Source of the DNA: a virus | Lineage: Duplodnaviria; Heunggongvirae; Uroviricota; Caudoviricetes | Direction: 5' to 3' (one strand) | IMG/VR virus record: IMGVR_UViG_2648501206_000004 | Location: 1 to 6,857 of that record | DNA: 6,857 nucleotides | Part shown: piece by piece, positions 4,525-6,857 of the stretch | Position numbering within the stretch: position 1 is the stretch's first letter | How the letters are laid out: every line of letters begins with the position of its first letter | Made by a program: the position numbers and the translations under genes | Notes under the pieces: generated by a model | Databases searched by the model: none | What the model was told of the DNA's origin: nothing | What the model saw: only the letters and a program-made list of their open reading frames with translations

Positions 4525-6857
4525 TCAGAACGTCCAGACCACACCCGCCTGGGTATTCCACGGCGATTCTACCCCTGCGCCATTGCCATAGCTGACTGAC
4601 AAATGACCGCTTAACGTCGGGGTAAACGATGACCTTATCCCAGCCTGATAAACGCCACTGGTTCCAGCCACATCATTATTAAATTTGCCATCGTCATTAA
4701 CTTTCACCTGGTTAGAATCGGCGTATTCCTGACGCACGGCGGCTTTCAGCCAGGGTTCCAGCGTCGTACCGTTTTGCAGGTCCATGTGATAGCTTACCGC
4801 CGTTCCCGCTTCAGCGCGTAATATCCGGGTATTTCCCACGTCCGCGCGCATGCCGTTTGATAACGTGTAGTCCTGACCATCTGTGGTAAAGCCGGTAAAG
4901 GCCAGATAGGGTCTAACACTCCACAATCCGTCAACCCAACGGAACCCGCTCTCAACATGAGCACCCGCGCCGTTACTATTGTAATCGCCAAACGCTGTTG
5001 CCCCATTACTCATCTTGCCATGGATGGTGTTGGCAAAACGGTCAACTTTCACCACCCCATCAACATAGGCACCGTTCTGATGCTCCCAACCGGCATAAGC
5101 ACCCAGGGTATAGCTATCGACATTGCCTTTGCCGCCGCGATCAAAACCAATATCAGAATGAGAGTAACCAAAGAACAAGCCGCGAATTGTGCTGCTTTCT
5201 TCACGGGAGAAACGGCTATCGATACCGAGCGTCAGGCCCGTCAATGTTTGCTCAAAACCAGCTCCCGCATCAGTGGTCACGTTGTTGCGGGTGTTAATTG
5301 CCGAACTCCACATCGCCGTATCGTAACTAACGCCTTTTACGCTACCAAGACGCTCACGCACGGTGTCCAGTTCTGCATCAAATACCAGCGGTTGTGCGGC
5401 CGCCATATTCAGCACATCAGTGGTTGAAGGGGTAATTTGCGCGCGATTCTCTGCCAGACTCCAGCTATGGTTGCCATTATCCAGCAAGGTATATTCATAC
5501 GTACCGATATCAACAACGCCTCCGGCATTGCCCAACGTAAATGCAGCATCACCGCCGCCCGTTGTTACCAGTGTAAGGCTATCTCCTGCTGCCGGGCTGG
5601 CACCGGTGTCCGTCACGAATATTTTGAAATCACCTGTTGCCTGACCGGTGACGTTGAGCTGATCGCTCTGATGATTAGCCATATCGGTACGCATATAAAA
5701 ATTGCCGTTTCCCGACAGGGTATTGGTGGTCAACGTAATGAAATTTTTCGCACTTGCCGTCACTGATGAACGAGTCACTGGCTCATCCATCATAATCACA
5801 TTTGCGTCAGACATCGCAAGGTTGGCTAAGTTGAGGAGGGTGTTTTGGTTCGTCGTAGTGATATCGGCAATGATGGTCCATACGCTATTTTCGAGCGAAA
5901 CGTCCGCTTTGCTGGTATCCACGGCACCATGCGTTCTAAAAGAAGCGCCCTCAGAAACCACTACCTTACCCACCAACATTGCGGGTGCATAATTTATTTG
6001 CGGCTTCATGACCTCAAGAATGCCATCATTCCCTCTGACTGACACGTTAACCATTGTGCCAGCCCAGACGTTAGCGCGGCCATTGTTGATAACCATATTT
6101 TCAGAGATGGCTTTTGAGGAATACGTGATACTTCCATTCTGATCTGATCGACCGAGATCATATACCGCATTTGCCTGCACTCTCGTCCCAGTATCCTTTC
6201 CCAGCGATTGCATAGTGGCATGCTCATCAAGGATAGTGTCAATGGCCTGCGTGTCCTCCATAACAATAAGCCCGGAACCATCATCCAGTTCATAATTTTT
6301 TGACACACCATCTTTTATACTAAATTGGCCTTTACTGTTTGTACCACTCACTTCCAGCGCATTCGTTGAGACAATTAATTTTCCGCCTGCTTTTTTATCA
6401 ACGCCAGTTGCAGTCCCGCCATCCATAACCTCCAGTAAGCCGCCACTATCTACAGTAGTATTATAAGCGAAGTCATTTTCTTCAACTCGCAAACTTCCGC
6501 CGTTTTCCAACAGCATATTGTTTGCAATTCCATTCTTGATATCGAACTGACCGAGACGGTTTGTTCCGAATACCTCCATGACCCGCGTGGTTGCTTTAAT
6601 AGCACCGCCTGCCTTCTGATCTACCGCAAATGCTAATCCCCCGTCTTTAACCTCCAGTAATCCTCCCTTTTCGATAGCGGCAAAGACGGCAATCCCATCT
6701 TTTTCAACAATTAAGCGCCCGCCTTTAATCGTGGGATCATTCGCCGCGCCATAAACCTGTAGCACACCATTATTGAGCGTAGTCTGGTTTGCCGCGCCAC
6801 CCATTTGAACAATTTGATAACCATCATTTAATACTGAGTACTGATGAATCCCCTAAT
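4525..6857 (-). CDS. yejO: AIDA-I/Ag43-type autotransporter adhesin, N-terminally truncated by the window edge (YejO-like by position)
   Basis: The C-terminus ends ...PWNTQAGVVWTF, a typical autotransporter beta-barrel terminus, preceded by about 280 aa of alternating-polarity beta-strand sequence. The passenger region has repetitive G-G-x-L-x-V motifs typical of a beta-helix. The reading frame stays open from 6804 to the window end at 6857, so the true start is outside the window. The symbol is by synteny only: as I recall, K-12 has an autotransporter gene, yejO, immediately downstream of proL on the opposite strand. Confidence 0.85.

Noticed and set aside
4133-4595. ORFs 4133..4348 (+), 4235..4561 (-) and 4320..4595 (+) spanning the att region
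   Set aside because: They overlap the cargo gene start, the tRNA fragment and two terminator hairpins, and have no Shine-Dalgarno sequence. More consistent with non-coding att and regulatory sequence than with genes.
4794-6311. Plus-strand and minus-strand ORFs nested in the autotransporter gene (4794..5006, 4957..5427, 4998..5297, 5363..5644, 5437..5766, 5702..5992, 5845..6042, 6006..6311)
   Set aside because: These are alternative-frame ORFs inside a long, well-supported autotransporter gene. Their Cys/His/Arg-rich or low-complexity translations are typical of off-frame artefacts.
1-6857. CRISPR array, IS element or transposase, rRNA
   Set aside because: No regularly spaced direct repeats, no transposase-like ORF or terminal inverted repeats, and no rRNA-like sequence were seen. 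The IS5 that I recall disrupting yejO in K-12 is not visible in the part of the autotransporter gene inside this window.

Overview
This window appears to be the right-hand end of a lambdoid prophage integrated at a tRNA-Pro(GGG) (proL-type) site, followed by host chromosome. Left to right: a co-directional, translationally coupled block of four prophage accessory genes (a 5'-truncated ORF, an HD-domain phosphohydrolase resembling YfdR, and two small ORFs, in an arrangement resembling the yfdQRST block of E. coli KplE1/CPS-53); a lambda-type excisionase and tyrosine integrase; a bidirectional terminator; a convergent, AT-rich 283-aa orphan cargo gene of unrecognised family; a 49-nt 3' fragment of tRNA-Pro with no 5' half, read as the att core; the tRNA's intrinsic terminator; and a large AIDA-I/Ag43-type autotransporter on the minus strand running off the window edge. 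The orphan cargo gene between int and the att core is the best candidate for an undescribed function, possibly anti-phage defence. All calls are from reading the sequence and ORF track and from recalled family knowledge; no searches were run.
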